Shown one piece after another: positions 27,194 through 37,744 of a stretch of DNA of 64,000 nt. The DNA is from an uncultured Gammaproteobacteria bacterium (lineage in GTDB: Bacteria; Patescibacteriota; Microgenomatia; PFEM01; DATLAM01). Position numbers and translations under genes: made by a program. The notes beneath the pieces were generated by a model, which saw only the letters and a list, made by a program, of their open reading frames with translations, did not search any database and had not been told where the DNA came from. Position 1 is the first letter of the stretch. Each line of letters opens with the position of its first letter. The stretch covers positions 219,968-283,967 of the forward strand of contig CAZMIZ010000001.1 in the NCBI GenBank assembly GCA_964566925.1, written 5' to 3'.

Positions 27194-28017
27194 GGTGCAA
27201 AACCATTCTTTCTCAATCCAAACTGCCTGGTTGTGATTATGTGATCAATCCCTATGTTGGCTGTGCTCATGGTTGTGTTTGGTGCTATGCCCGGTTTATG
27301 AAGCGCTACACCGGCCATGATGAAGAAGATTGGGGAAGCTTTGTGGATGTTAAAATCAATGCGCCTGAGGTCTTGATTAAAGATATTAAAAGGCTAAAAG
27401 GGAAGCCCACCATTTTTCTTTCTTCGGTTTGTGATCCTTATCAGCCAGTTGAGGCAAAATACAAATTAACCCGGAAATGCCTAGAAATTCTTTCTCAATT
27501 TTCCGCCAGAGGCGGACCAGCCTCTGGTTGGCCTTTTTCGGTCAGTATTTTAACTCAATCAAAATTAGTCACCCGCGACCTCGATTTGTTTAAAAAATTT
27601 AAAGATTTAGATGTGGGGATGAGTTTTATTACCATGGACGAAAAAGCCACTCGACTTTTCCAGCCCTTAGCGGCTTTACCTCAGGAAAGGGTTGAAACCC
27701 TAAAAAAACTTTATCAGGCGGGAATTAAAACTTATATTCATGTTGGCCCCATCTTGCCTCATTTCACCGATCTCGAAGCCATTTTTAAGGCGACCCACCC
27801 CTATCTTGATGCGGCCATGGGTGAGACACTTAATACCAGAGGTGAGAATTGGCTTAATTTAATTAGGACTTTGTCGAAACACTATCCCCAACTTTTGCCT
27901 CAATTTAAAAAAAGGCAGTTTAAAGATCCAGATTATTTAGGCCAAATTGGGGTGGATTTTGAAAAAACAGCCAAGCGTTATAAAATACCATTGATTGGTG
28001 TTTATCATCACCGCTAA
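27175..28017 (+). CDS. radical SAM protein, spore photoproduct lyase-like
   Basis: INPYVGCAHGCVWCYA, SSVCDPYQP; contains 30-bp palindromic insertion. Confidence 0.9.
   Translation: MKIREVRCKTILSQSKLPGCDYVINPYVGCAHGCVWCYARFMKRYTGHDEEDWGSFVDVKINAPEVLIKDIKRLKGKPTIFLSSVCDPYQPVEAKYKLTRKCLEILSQFSARGGPASGWPFSVSILTQSKLVTRDLDLFKKFKDLDVGMSFITMDEKATRLFQPLAALPQERVETLKKLYQAGIKTYIHVGPILPHFTDLEAIFKATHPYLDAAMGETLNTRGENWLNLIRTLSKHYPQLLPQFKKRQFKDPDYLGQIGVDFEKTAKRYKIPLIGVYHHR
27502..27531. repeat. in-frame double-hairpin insertion (SARGGPASGW)
   Basis: TCCGCC-AGA-GGCGGA CCAGCC-TCT-GGTTGG, exactly 10 codons. Confidence 0.75.
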
Positions 28018-28020
28018 AAA

Positions 28021-28611
28021 ATGGCAAAAATAGTTATTGGGATTGTTGGCCAGATTGGCTCCGGGAAAGATACAGCCATTGGTTTTCTAAAAAAACATGG
28101 TTTTGTTAATTTCTCTTTATCGGATCAGATAAGAATTCAGTTGAAAAAACAAGCTAATTTAGATTTTAGTCGCCAAGAAATCCAAGATTTAGGTGATGAG
28201 ATGCGCAAGAAACATGGTGATGATTATTGGGCCCAACAAGCCTGGCAAGAAGCCATCAGAAGTGATCAAGAGAAGCTAATTATTTCCAGTATCCGTCACC
28301 CCGCCGAAGTGGCTTTTTTAAAAAAACAGAAAAACTTTTATCTTTTAGCCGTGATTGCTGATCAAAAAATTCGGTTTAAGAGAAAATTAGCTTCAGGCCG
28401 GAGCGATGACCAGGATTTGCTTACCTGGGAGGGTTTTAAAAAAGCAGACGAGCGAGAGACTAAAAAACAAAGAAAGCATGGTCAACAAGTAAGTAAGGTG
28501 GTGGCCATGGCTGATTTTACGGTTAGGAATAATGGGACTAAAGCTGAACTCAAAGAAAAAATGGACAGACTTTTGACTGAAATTAAAAGGAATCAGGATG
28601 CCGAGAATTGA
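28021..28611 (+). CDS. P-loop nucleotide kinase (dephospho-CoA/dNMP kinase-like)
   Basis: GIVGQIGSGKDT, IRHPAEV, ADFTVRNNGT. Confidence 0.85.
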   Translation: MAKIVIGIVGQIGSGKDTAIGFLKKHGFVNFSLSDQIRIQLKKQANLDFSRQEIQDLGDEMRKKHGDDYWAQQAWQEAIRSDQEKLIISSIRHPAEVAFLKKQKNFYLLAVIADQKIRFKRKLASGRSDDQDLLTWEGFKKADERETKKQRKHGQQVSKVVAMADFTVRNNGTKAELKEKMDRLLTEIKRNQDAEN

Positions 28612-28960
28612 TAAGCTTTCTTGGGGAAAAGTTAAGGTTGATGACCAAGACTACCACCAGGTTTTATTAATTGGTGACGAAATTATCCCTCGCGATGTTA
28701 ATAAATTAAAAAAGCTTTTTAAAACCACCCATCAGATCGGGGATTGGGAAAGAAAGAAGCTCTTAGAAAATAAGCCAGAGATAATTATCATTGCCAGCGG
28801 CTGGGATGGCGCCTTAAAAGTTGATCAAGCTTTTAAACAGGCTTGTCAAAAAGCAGGGGTTGAATTGCGAATCCTTTTAAGCCAAAAGGCGGTGGCCGAA
28901 TACAATCGCTTGGTTGCCGAGGGAAGAAAAATTAACGCCCTAATTCACACTACTTGTTAA
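28598..28960 (+). CDS. Mth938/DUF498-like protein
   Basis: PEIIIIASG...A..EYN....ALIHTTC. Confidence 0.88.
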   Translation: MPRIDKLSWGKVKVDDQDYHQVLLIGDEIIPRDVNKLKKLFKTTHQIGDWERKKLLENKPEIIIIASGWDGALKVDQAFKQACQKAGVELRILLSQKAVAEYNRLVAEGRKINALIHTTC

Positions 28961-28962
28961 GA

Positions 28963-29472
28963 ATGGTTAAGAATTTAAAACCTCCAACTTATCACTTTTG
29001 CCCTCTCTGCGGCAAAAAGCTGGTTAAAAGAAAAGATCTTGACCGGAGTAAGCGAGATGTTTGTCCTGGTTGTGGTTGGATTTATTACCCGATTCCCTAT
29101 ATCAGTACTACCGTCCTGATCCGTAAAAATGGCCAAGTTTTACTAGTGAAACGAGGCGAAGAACCTAAAAAGGGGCTTTGGCAGCTACCAGGCGGTTTTA
29201 TCCAATTCGGCGAGAGACCTTCTTTGACCGGCAAACGAGAGATAAAAGAAGAGCTTGGCTTGGAGATTGAGATAGGTGATTTGATCCACCTCGACTTGAT
29301 TACTGATGACCCTCGAGGAACAATCTTAGGCTTTGTTTACGAGGCCAAGATAATTAGCGGAAAGATAAGAAAAGGTAGAGAGATTGCGGAAGTCGATTTC
29401 TTTCCATTGGTAAAGTTGCCCAAACTGGGCTTTGAGATTCATCGCCAGCTTTTACGGAAGTTAGAGGGGTAA
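28963..29472 (+). CDS. NUDIX hydrolase with zinc ribbon
   Basis: CPLC/CPGC; GG.....E....GKREIKEELG Nudix box. Confidence 0.92.
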   Translation: MVKNLKPPTYHFCPLCGKKLVKRKDLDRSKRDVCPGCGWIYYPIPYISTTVLIRKNGQVLLVKRGEEPKKGLWQLPGGFIQFGERPSLTGKREIKEELGLEIEIGDLIHLDLITDDPRGTILGFVYEAKIISGKIRKGREIAEVDFFPLVKLPKLGFEIHRQLLRKLEG

Positions 29473-29478
29473 AGTTTA

Positions 29479-30444
29479 ATGGTTGAACGAGGTGAACAAA
29501 AAACCCTTCCCGGGATAAAAAGACCAAAACCAATTAAAGAAAAAAGAAAACCCCGATCGAGGTTTGATAACCGGGCAACGATTGTCGTTCTTTTTCTGAT
29601 TACTGTTTTGGGGAGTTTGTTTTTTTACCTGAAGACCGAAGTACCTAAGTCTTGGCAAAAACTTCTAGAACCGAGAGTGATCTCTTCTTTGCCAGGCGGC
29701 GTTGATTATCGACCAGTGACGGACCAGGTAGAAGAGATAACCTCTGACCTCCAAGGTAATTATGGTTTTTATGTTTACCGGCTAGAAGATGGTTGGGGTT
29801 ATGGTTGGCATGAAGATCAGGTTTTTCCAGCCGCCTCGCTAATTAAGCTGCCAGTAATCTTAACCCTTTATCAAGAAGCCGAAGCCGCTGAAATTGATTT
29901 GGAAACAAAATATTCTTTAAAAGAAGAAGATAAAAGGGGCGGTGCCGGAGTTATTCAATCCGCGCCCACAGGCACGATTTATACTTACCGCAAATTGGCT
30001 GAATTGATGGGCCAACAATCGGATAATACGGCCTTTAATGTTCTCCGTCAGGTTTTAGGCGATCAAAAAATTCAAGCAACCATCGATGAGTTAGGGATGA
30101 GTAGCACCTCTTTGAGTAAAAACAAAACCACGCCTGAAGAAATTGGCTTACTTTTTCAAGAACTTTACCAAGGTAAAATTTTAACCAAAGAAGATCGAGA
30201 AGAAATTTTAAACTATTTAACGGAAACTGCCTTTGAGGACCGCATTCCGGCCGGAGTGCCTGAAGAGGTGCGGGTGGCTCATAAGATCGGCACTGATGCC
30301 CGGACCTTTTCTGACGCCGGGATTGTTTTTGCCGAAAAACCTTTCATCTTGGTGATTATGTCCAAAGACGCCCTCGAATCCGAAGCTTTGGAGGTTTTGC
30401 CTAAAATTAGCCAGATTGTGTGGAATTTTGAAGCCAATCCTTGA
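29479..30444 (+). CDS. membrane-anchored class A beta-lactamase-like serine hydrolase
   Basis: AASLIK (SxxK), SDN, HKIG. Confidence 0.88.
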   Translation: MVERGEQKTLPGIKRPKPIKEKRKPRSRFDNRATIVVLFLITVLGSLFFYLKTEVPKSWQKLLEPRVISSLPGGVDYRPVTDQVEEITSDLQGNYGFYVYRLEDGWGYGWHEDQVFPAASLIKLPVILTLYQEAEAAEIDLETKYSLKEEDKRGGAGVIQSAPTGTIYTYRKLAELMGQQSDNTAFNVLRQVLGDQKIQATIDELGMSSTSLSKNKTTPEEIGLLFQELYQGKILTKEDREEILNYLTETAFEDRIPAGVPEEVRVAHKIGTDARTFSDAGIVFAEKPFILVIMSKDALESEALEVLPKISQIVWNFEANP

Positions 30445-30472
30445 AACGTTTGGTATACTATAAGATAAAGAA

Positions 30473-30907
30473 ATGGGTTCCCCTGAAACACAGACATATA
30501 AAGCAAGCGGGTCAGTTTCCCCTAAAGAGCCAAAAGGCTTTGGTGATGTCATCCGGAGGGAAAGGCTGGAAAGAAAAATGACCCAGGCTGAACTTTCTTG
30601 GGCTACAGGGATAGATCCCACTGCCTTGAGCCGAATTGAAACTGGCGGCCCTAGAAAAGATTTAAGTTGTAGAAGGCTTGCTAAAATAGCGACAGCATTT
30701 GGAATGTCTCCTGAAGAGATAATAGCTCAGGCAGGATTTCTAGAGAGAGAGGAAATTACTGCTAGAGACCGGGCTCTGGCTGATGCAATTCTCGATAATC
30801 CTAGATTAAGGGAAATATTTTCTATTTTAAGGGCAAATGAAATAAAAAAGCCTTGGCTTTTTCCCCTTCTTAAAGCCTACGCTAAAATCATCGCTGAAGC
30901 TGCTTAA
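30473..30907 (+). CDS. XRE-family HTH regulator
   Basis: MTQAELS..TGID...LSRIETG. Confidence 0.85.
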   Translation: MGSPETQTYKASGSVSPKEPKGFGDVIRRERLERKMTQAELSWATGIDPTALSRIETGGPRKDLSCRRLAKIATAFGMSPEEIIAQAGFLEREEITARDRALADAILDNPRLREIFSILRANEIKKPWLFPLLKAYAKIIAEAA

Positions 30908-33336
30908 ATTTCACTTTTACCCTCTTCACTCTTTTCTTTAATTTCTTTCACCTTTTCTGGGTCGCAATGGTTTTTGGGTTCGGTGCCAGGGAGAAAATAT
31001 TCTTCTTTCCCACCACAACCCTCGCAGGGGAGAGTCCCGGTGGTTGGACAGATTTCCACTTTAAGCAAATCTTCGGGCTTAGGAAATTCTTTATCAGGCT
31101 CGTCTTTTAGGAGGGCGGTCATGGTTTGACTCCAGATCGGCGAGGCGCCGGTAATCCCTGAAGCGACGTAGCTCATGGGTGTATTGTCATTGTTGCCCAC
31201 CCAAACGGCGACCAAATAATCTGGGCTGTAGCCGACGGTCCAGTTATCCCTTAAGTTTTGGGTGGTACCGGTTTTAACGGCCACATGAGAATGGCTAGGG
31301 AGGTTAAGGACAGAGTAAGGCCCAAAAGCCGGGGTTCGGGCCGCGTTGTCTGATAAAATATCATTTAAGAGATAAGCCACTTCAGGGGGAAGGATTCTGG
31401 ACCCATTAGTTTCCAATTTCCAGTTTCCAATTTCCAGTTTCTCTAGAACTTCGCCTTTATAATTCTTCACTTCTAAAATCGGGCTGAGGTCAACTCTGAT
31501 TCCCAGATTAGCTAGGGTCCCGTAAACCACCGCCATGTCAGTCATCTTGACTTCACCCCCACCCAGAGTTAAAGAAAGACCAAATCGGTCGCGTTCGTTC
31601 CAAGTGGTAATCCCCATTGCCTGGCCACGATCAATCATTTTACTGACCCCATAAGAGGAAAGAACTTTAACCGCCGGGACATTATAAGAAGAGGCAAGGG
31701 CAATTCTTAACGGGATTTTGCCATGAAATTGGTTGTCATAATTCCGGGGTGAATAAGGCGGTTGACCTGGAACTTTGTAGGTAATCGGCGTGTCCGAGAT
31801 GAGAGTGGCCGGAGTGAAACCATTTTCTAAAGCAACAGAATAGTTAACCGGCTTGATGGCGCTACCGGGTTGTCTAGACTGGAGAGTGACATTAACGTTA
31901 CCATCATGTTCCAGATCAAAATAGTCTTTTGAGCCGACCATGGCTAAGATTTCACCGGTCACTGGTTTGGTGACCAGGGCGGCGCCGTTGCCCACCTGAA
32001 GCCTGGATAAATTAACCACTTCCTCTTTGACTATTGTTTGAACGAAATTTTGAACGTCTAAATCAAGTGAGGTGGTAACTTCCAGTCCACCTTCTTCTAC
32101 CATTCGTTCGCCATATTTTTGGACCAAAAGGTCTTTGATGTACATCACGAAGTGGGGTGCTTGGATATTGGTTCGCTGAGGCGCAAACTGAAGCTCTTGA
32201 GCCTTGGCTTCTTCGGCTTGTTCGTGGGTGATAAAGTGATTTTCGACCATCATTCGTAAAACCTGCCATTGCCTTGCCTTGGCTAATTCTGGATGAGCCC
32301 CAAAAGGAGAGTAGGTGGTGGGTGAGGCCGGCAGGCCAGCTAATAAAGTTGATTCCGCCAAAGATAATTCCCGAACTGATTTGCCGAAATAAGCCCAAGA
32401 GGCCTCTTCGGCTCCGTAAGCGGCCCCACCATAACCGACTTCATTAAGATACATTTGTAAAATTTCATCTTTAGAAAAAGCCAGTTCTACCTGGAAGGCT
32501 AAGATTAATTCTTTGATTTTTCTTTCCAGGGTTTTCTCAGGGGTTAAAAGGGCATTTTTCACCAGTTGTTGAGTGATGGTTGAGCCGCCCTGAAGCTTGC
32601 CGGTGACTAAATTTTTAAAAAAGCTTCGGGTGATCCCTCGGTAAGAGAACCCGTAATGATGGTAGAAGTCGCCATCTTCAATCGCCACTGTGGCTTGAAT
32701 GAGGCTGGCGGGAATTTCGTCCAATTTTACCAGCGTCCGATTTTGGTTGCGATAAATTTTGTAAAGTAATTGGCCTTGACGGTCATAAATTTTAGTGGAG
32801 ACGACCTGATCCCGGGTGATTAACTCATTGGGGTGGGGGAGGTCTTTTAAAAGAGTTAAATAGGTGACTAAGAGAATGGTGATGATTATCCAGATTAAAC
32901 TGGCAAAAACAAGATACCTTCTTCTTATTTGGGGACGTCTGATAACGGGAGGTTTGATTTTAGGGAGGACGATTTTGGGAAATTTAAGTCTAGGGATTTT
33001 GACTGGCGGCCGCTTTAGTTTAATTTTTTTAACTCGAGCAGTAAGTGAGAAGAAAAATAGAGGGACGAATTGCAAGAACAAAAGAGCTAGTTTGCCGATT
33101 AAAACCAAAAGACCACTGGCGGCTCTTCTTATAAAAAGAAGAGAAATAACTACGCCTTGGAAGGAAATTAGAAGCCCGAGGGTGATGGGCCTGCCAATAA
33201 GCTCTAAAATCAGGGTAGTCCAGCCAAAAAGTGTTTTTGGCTTTTGGAAGTGTTTGCCAAAAAATTTCGGGGCCAGGATTCGCTTGAATCGAAGCTTTTT
33301 GGCGGAATAAATCGTCCCTGTCCGCTTAACCGCCAT
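30904..33336 (-). CDS. class A penicillin-binding protein (PBP1A family)
   Basis: EDGDFYHH, GGSTITQQLVKN, RKIKE, QPGSAIK, SYN, KTGT. Confidence 0.95.
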   Translation of the reverse strand: MAVKRTGTIYSAKKLRFKRILAPKFFGKHFQKPKTLFGWTTLILELIGRPITLGLLISFQGVVISLLFIRRAASGLLVLIGKLALLFLQFVPLFFFSLTARVKKIKLKRPPVKIPRLKFPKIVLPKIKPPVIRRPQIRRRYLVFASLIWIIITILLVTYLTLLKDLPHPNELITRDQVVSTKIYDRQGQLLYKIYRNQNRTLVKLDEIPASLIQATVAIEDGDFYHHYGFSYRGITRSFFKNLVTGKLQGGSTITQQLVKNALLTPEKTLERKIKELILAFQVELAFSKDEILQMYLNEVGYGGAAYGAEEASWAYFGKSVRELSLAESTLLAGLPASPTTYSPFGAHPELAKARQWQVLRMMVENHFITHEQAEEAKAQELQFAPQRTNIQAPHFVMYIKDLLVQKYGERMVEEGGLEVTTSLDLDVQNFVQTIVKEEVVNLSRLQVGNGAALVTKPVTGEILAMVGSKDYFDLEHDGNVNVTLQSRQPGSAIKPVNYSVALENGFTPATLISDTPITYKVPGQPPYSPRNYDNQFHGKIPLRIALASSYNVPAVKVLSSYGVSKMIDRGQAMGITTWNERDRFGLSLTLGGGEVKMTDMAVVYGTLANLGIRVDLSPILEVKNYKGEVLEKLEIGNWKLETNGSRILPPEVAYLLNDILSDNAARTPAFGPYSVLNLPSHSHVAVKTGTTQNLRDNWTVGYSPDYLVAVWVGNNDNTPMSYVASGITGASPIWSQTMTALLKDEPDKEFPKPEDLLKVEICPTTGTLPCEGCGGKEEYFLPGTEPKNHCDPEKVKEIKEKSEEGKSEI
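31408..31442. repeat. heptamer tandem repeat in CDS
   Basis: AGTTTCC AATTTCC AGTTTCC AATTTCC AGTTTCT. Confidence 0.8.
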
Positions 33337-33445
33337 TTGCAGGGCTATTCTAACCTTTTTTTCGCTCTTTTTCTAGAGTGAAAAAGAAGACTTTAAGCCT
33401 ATAAGGCGAAAAGGATTCCTTTTGAGCCTGATTTAAAGAGGGAGT

Positions 33446-34078
33446 TTATAAAGACAATGGTTCGCCATTAGAGTGGGTTTTCGCCTCAAAAATCTCTCTC
33501 CCGAAATTATCAAGAATTGGCCTTTTACCTTTGGTCGCTTCAGCTTGTTGGAGCACCGCCGAAACAAAGGCGATTGTCGTTTGGATATTACCCAGTTTTA
33601 GACGATCGAAGTTTTGATCTGAAAAGGGGCTGACGAAGATAATAACGCCTTCGACAGCTTCCGAAGGAACCTGGTCTCTAATACCATAATAATCTGGATA
33701 GTACCCCCAACCAGAATGACGGCCCCATAACTGCTCAGCCTGGCTATTTCTGACTATGAAGCCAATTGGTAAAATGGTTTCGGGATCCGCAAAATCCCAG
33801 AAGTGGCCTATTAGAGCGATAGCATTTTCTCTATGGTCTAAGCTTGGGAGTCTAAGGAATTTAACATAAAGATTATCTTCTGGGTGATCGCCGGTTCCAT
33901 TAGAGATTGTTTCACCTCTTCTTTCTGCCTGTAAACAAGGAGAAAGAAGACCGCTTCCTAAAAGAATGTCTTCCAAATCTTCCTGCATGCCAGCTCTGGT
34001 TACATGGATTAGAGTTCCTTGAGAGAACAACCGATGCACCTGGTCGGCCATTTGAAGCTTTAATCTTTCACCACTCAT
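33446..34078 (-). CDS. hypothetical protein (possible ART-like fold)
   Basis: LIHVT...ILLGSGLLSP...VPSEAVEGVII pattern; weak. Confidence 0.55.
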   Translation of the reverse strand: MSGERLKLQMADQVHRLFSQGTLIHVTRAGMQEDLEDILLGSGLLSPCLQAERRGETISNGTGDHPEDNLYVKFLRLPSLDHRENAIALIGHFWDFADPETILPIGFIVRNSQAEQLWGRHSGWGYYPDYYGIRDQVPSEAVEGVIIFVSPFSDQNFDRLKLGNIQTTIAFVSAVLQQAEATKGKRPILDNFGREIFEAKTHSNGEPLSL

Positions 34079-34155
34079 AACTCAAGCTCATTATATACCG
34101 CGGGGTCAAAAACTAAAGTCTTAGCTTGTTTTGGGAGTTTTGATAAAATAGAACT

Positions 34156-34797
34156 ATGGCAAAAATCAGATTGGTTTGTTTTGATGTGGATGGTACTTTG
34201 GTTAAGGAAAATTCCTGGCAGTTTTTAACGGCAGGTTTAGGCTTTCCACCGGAGAGAGTGGTTGAATTTTATCGGAAAGCTAAGAGTGGCGAACTTACTT
34301 TTATGGAGGCGGAAAAGAGGTATACCAAGATGCTCCAGCAAAGCGACAAAACAACGAGGGCGTTTATTAAAAAACTGTTTTCCCAGATTAAACCAAGACC
34401 AGGAGCCAAAGATTTGATTTCTTATTTAAAGAAAAAAGGTTGTCCGGTTTATCTAATTTCTGGGGCAATCGACATCTTCGTTGAAGAGATTGCGAAAAAA
34501 ATAAAAGCGGATGGATTTTATGCCAATTCTTCTTTAGGATTTGATGAAAAGGGAAGCTTGCAAAAAATTCATTACCGAGAGATACAAGGGGAATTAAAAG
34601 TTAAACAACTTGAAGAATTGGTAAAAAGGTTAGGAATTAAAATAAATGAAGTCGCCTTTGTTGGCGACAGCGAAAATGATATTGAGGTTTTTAAAGCCAC
34701 CAACCACGGGATTGCGGTTCATTCTAGCAATAAAGAACTGAAAAAGATCGCCTGGAAAGAGGCGGCTTCTCTGGAGGAAATAAAGGGGATTCTTTAA
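34156..34797 (+). CDS. HAD-IB phosphatase (SerB-like)
   Basis: FDVDGTL, ISG, K, VGDSEND. Confidence 0.9.
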   Translation: MAKIRLVCFDVDGTLVKENSWQFLTAGLGFPPERVVEFYRKAKSGELTFMEAEKRYTKMLQQSDKTTRAFIKKLFSQIKPRPGAKDLISYLKKKGCPVYLISGAIDIFVEEIAKKIKADGFYANSSLGFDEKGSLQKIHYREIQGELKVKQLEELVKRLGIKINEVAFVGDSENDIEVFKATNHGIAVHSSNKELKKIAWKEAASLEEIKGIL

Positions 34798-37061
34798 GGT
34801 TCGGCTGGGGGAGAGGTGGGAATTGGATTTAGGGCGTAGGGCTGGATAGTTATGGGTTCAGAAGGAGGGACGCAGTCCAGGCAATAGGGGGTTCCCAAAG
34901 GATCAAAAACCACCTGGTGCTCCTGAAGCTCCCGGTTTTCCGGCAGGGTTTTCTCGGTAGCCATTTGATTGGTGGTTTTGTCAACTTCAATAAAAGCTTT
35001 CAGATTCTCAGTTTCTGAAGGGACGGTTCCCTCCAAGAAATATTCAAACCGGGTTTCACAAGGCGCTTCTGGGTTAGGCGCTTTACCGGTTAAAGAACAA
35101 ACTTGAGCGCCAACCACTCCCTCGGGTTTAATCGGCCATTCTTCTTCCATATCCTTCAAAGCATAGCCTATGATCTCATTCCAAATCGGCGAAGCGCCGG
35201 TGATGCCTGAAGCGACGTAGCTCATCGGGGTGTTGTCATTATTGCCTACCCAAACGGCGACCAGGCGCGAAGGAGTATAACCGATGGTCCAGTTATCCCG
35301 CTTGTCATTAGTGGTACCGGTTTTAACCGAAACTTCAGGGTGGTTTTTAACCACTAAATAGGAGCCGGTGCCGAAAGCGGCTGATCGAGCATGATTGTCT
35401 AAAAGGATGTGAGAAATGAGATAAGCTACTTCCATCGGGAGAACTCTGGGCCCTTCAACCTCCTCATGTTGATAGACGACTTTTCCGTTGAGATCTTCAA
35501 CTTTTTCAATCGCATAGAGATCTTGGCGGATGCCAAGGTTGGCAAAAACAGAAAAAGCGGTAGCCATGTCCGCCATCTTGACTTCGCCTCCCCCTAAAGT
35601 GAGGGAAAGACCATATTGAGAAGGATCTTCAAAAGTGGTGATCCCAAACTCTTTTGCTTTGGCCACAAAGTCTTCAAGGCCATTAAGAGTTAAGACTTTG
35701 ACGGCGGCGACATTAATTGAATTACCTAGAGCAAACCGCGCTTGGGTCGGGCCTCGAAAAGTGCCGTCGTAGTTAACCGGACAATAGAGTTGCTGGCCCG
35801 GAACAGAAAAGCAGGTTGGCGCGTCGTTAAGGACGGTTGCCGGAGTGATAACCTTTTTATTAATTGCCAAAGCGTAGTTTAAGGGTTTAATTGAGCTTCC
35901 CGGTTGTCTTGGTCGTAAAGTAACATTAACCCGGCCGTCGTGTTCTTCGTCAAAATAATCATGGGAGCCGATCATCGCCAAAATTTCGCCGGTTTTAGGA
36001 TTGGTAATTAAAGCAGCGCCATTGGTAACTTTTAGGTTTTGATTTTCTAGGCGGGCCACCTCGGTGGCCACTGTTTCTTGAGCAAAATCTTGGAGGTCAA
36101 GGTCAAGAGAAGTGGTCACTTTTAACCCGCCTTGTTCAACTTCTCGTTGGCCATATTTTTCCACCAAAAGCTCTTTAACATAAAGAACAAAATGGGGGGC
36201 TTTAATTGAGACGGCCGCTGGAGCAAAGTGAAGTTCTTCTTCAAGTGCCTGCTGTTTTTCCTCCTCAGTAATGTATCCATCCTCAACCATTCGTGAGAGA
36301 ACTAATTCTTGTCTTCTTCTAGCTTCCTCTGGGTGAGCGCCAAAAGGAGAAAAACGAGTGGGAGCGGCTGGTAAGCCAGCCAAGAGAGTAGCCTCACCCA
36401 AACTTAGGTCTTTGGCGTGTTTCCCGAAATAAGTTTGGGCGGCGGCCTCAATGCCCCAAGCGGTTCCACCGTAAGGAACCTGGTTTAAGTACATTTCCAA
36501 GATTTGATCCTTGGAATAAATCATTTCCGCGGTGGTCGCTAAAATGGCTTCCCTGATTTTTCGGCGTAAAGTTCGCTGCTGGGTTAAAAGGGCGTTTTTT
36601 ACCAGTTGTTGGGTGATGGTTGAGCCGCCCTGGAGACTGCGCCGGAAGACAATGTTAAAAGCGGCCCGGATAATTCCCTCCCAGGCAAACCCGCGGTGCT
36701 TGTAAAAGTTTTTGTCTTCAATGGCCACGGTGGACCATTTAATATATTCAGGTAAATCTTCCATTTTAATTGGCACTCGATTTTTCTCGGCGTAGATTTC
36801 ATAAAGAAGTTCGCCGTGGCGATCAAGGATTTGGGTTGAAGCCGGGAAGGGATAAGAGGCGAGCTTGGTAGGGAGAGGGAGGTCTTTGAAAATAAACCAA
36901 AAGACAAAGAGGCCAGACAAGAGAAAAACGGCTAGAAGGGGCCAATTTTTCTCCCAAAATTTTTGACATCTTTTCGGGAGATGGGCCCCAATCCAGTCGG
37001 CTCCCTGATTAATTCGGCTGAGAAGACGATTTCCTTTTCTCCTTGTTTTCTTTTTGGCCAT
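34794..37061 (-). CDS. class A penicillin-binding protein (second paralog)
   Basis: EDKNFYKH, GGSTITQQLVKN, QPGSSIK, SIN, KTGT. Confidence 0.95.
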   Translation of the reverse strand: MAKKKTRRKGNRLLSRINQGADWIGAHLPKRCQKFWEKNWPLLAVFLLSGLFVFWFIFKDLPLPTKLASYPFPASTQILDRHGELLYEIYAEKNRVPIKMEDLPEYIKWSTVAIEDKNFYKHRGFAWEGIIRAAFNIVFRRSLQGGSTITQQLVKNALLTQQRTLRRKIREAILATTAEMIYSKDQILEMYLNQVPYGGTAWGIEAAAQTYFGKHAKDLSLGEATLLAGLPAAPTRFSPFGAHPEEARRRQELVLSRMVEDGYITEEEKQQALEEELHFAPAAVSIKAPHFVLYVKELLVEKYGQREVEQGGLKVTTSLDLDLQDFAQETVATEVARLENQNLKVTNGAALITNPKTGEILAMIGSHDYFDEEHDGRVNVTLRPRQPGSSIKPLNYALAINKKVITPATVLNDAPTCFSVPGQQLYCPVNYDGTFRGPTQARFALGNSINVAAVKVLTLNGLEDFVAKAKEFGITTFEDPSQYGLSLTLGGGEVKMADMATAFSVFANLGIRQDLYAIEKVEDLNGKVVYQHEEVEGPRVLPMEVAYLISHILLDNHARSAAFGTGSYLVVKNHPEVSVKTGTTNDKRDNWTIGYTPSRLVAVWVGNNDNTPMSYVASGITGASPIWNEIIGYALKDMEEEWPIKPEGVVGAQVCSLTGKAPNPEAPCETRFEYFLEGTVPSETENLKAFIEVDKTTNQMATEKTLPENRELQEHQVVFDPLGTPYCLDCVPPSEPITIQPYALNPIPTSPPAEP

Positions 37062-37091
37062 AGGCTATATTATAATAAAGGTAAAGAATTT

Positions 37092-37742
37092 ATGAAAGGG
37101 AAGACAACTCTCCATCGAGTTTTTAGCCTTTTTGCCTTTATCCTTATTGTTTGGGGTTTTTACCGCTTTTTATTCCGTTTTCCCGAAACAGTTGAAGAAC
37201 TTGTTTTAAAACCAATTATCTGGTTAGGGGCTATTTTTTGGGTCGTTAAGAAGTTAGAAAAAAAGCCATTATCTTCACTGGGGTTTTCCGGTAAAAATCT
37301 TTTTAAAAGCCTCTATTTGGGGATTTTTCTAGGAGCTGTTTTTGCGGCGGAAGGGCTTTTAACCAACTATCTAAAATACGGCAACTTTTCCTTTATTGAG
37401 CTTTCTTATAGCCAGGCGGTTTTTCTAGGGGCGATTGGTCTTTCTTTTGCTACGGCCATTTCCGAAGAAACCGTTTTTCGCGGTTACATCTTCAACAGAC
37501 TTTTTAAAATTTGGGGAGACGAGTGGCTTGCTAATCTTGTTTCCACTTTTTGTTTTGCCCTGATTCATTTGCCGATTACCATTTTTGTTCTTCACTATTC
37601 TTTAGTCGAGATCCTGATTTACCTTTTTCTGGTTAGTCTCTTCGGTTTTGGCTCTGCCTTTGTCTTTGCCCGGACAGGGAATATAATTTCTTCTGTCTTG
37701 CTTCATGTCTTTTGGGCCTGGCCAATCATTTTGTTTAGATAA
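37092..37742 (+). CDS. CPBP/Abi (CAAX-like) intramembrane protease
   Basis: EETVFRG, FALIH, LLH; ATG 37092. Confidence 0.9.
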   Translation: MKGKTTLHRVFSLFAFILIVWGFYRFLFRFPETVEELVLKPIIWLGAIFWVVKKLEKKPLSSLGFSGKNLFKSLYLGIFLGAVFAAEGLLTNYLKYGNFSFIELSYSQAVFLGAIGLSFATAISEETVFRGYIFNRLFKIWGDEWLANLVSTFCFALIHLPITIFVLHYSLVEILIYLFLVSLFGFGSAFVFARTGNIISSVLLHVFWAWPIILFR

Positions 37743-37744
37743 AG

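Noticed and set aside
29479-30444. Acquired beta-lactam resistance gene
   Set aside because: Membrane-anchored, KIG instead of KTG; more likely a housekeeping cell-wall hydrolase
33387-34122. 9-bp inverted repeat (AAGACTTTA/TAAAGTCTT) around an orphan gene
   Set aside because: Short, AT-rich, no target duplication or transposase; likely chance
31131-36630. Near-identical DNA stretches between the two PBP genes
   Set aside because: Confined to conserved motifs with synonymous differences; ordinary paralogy
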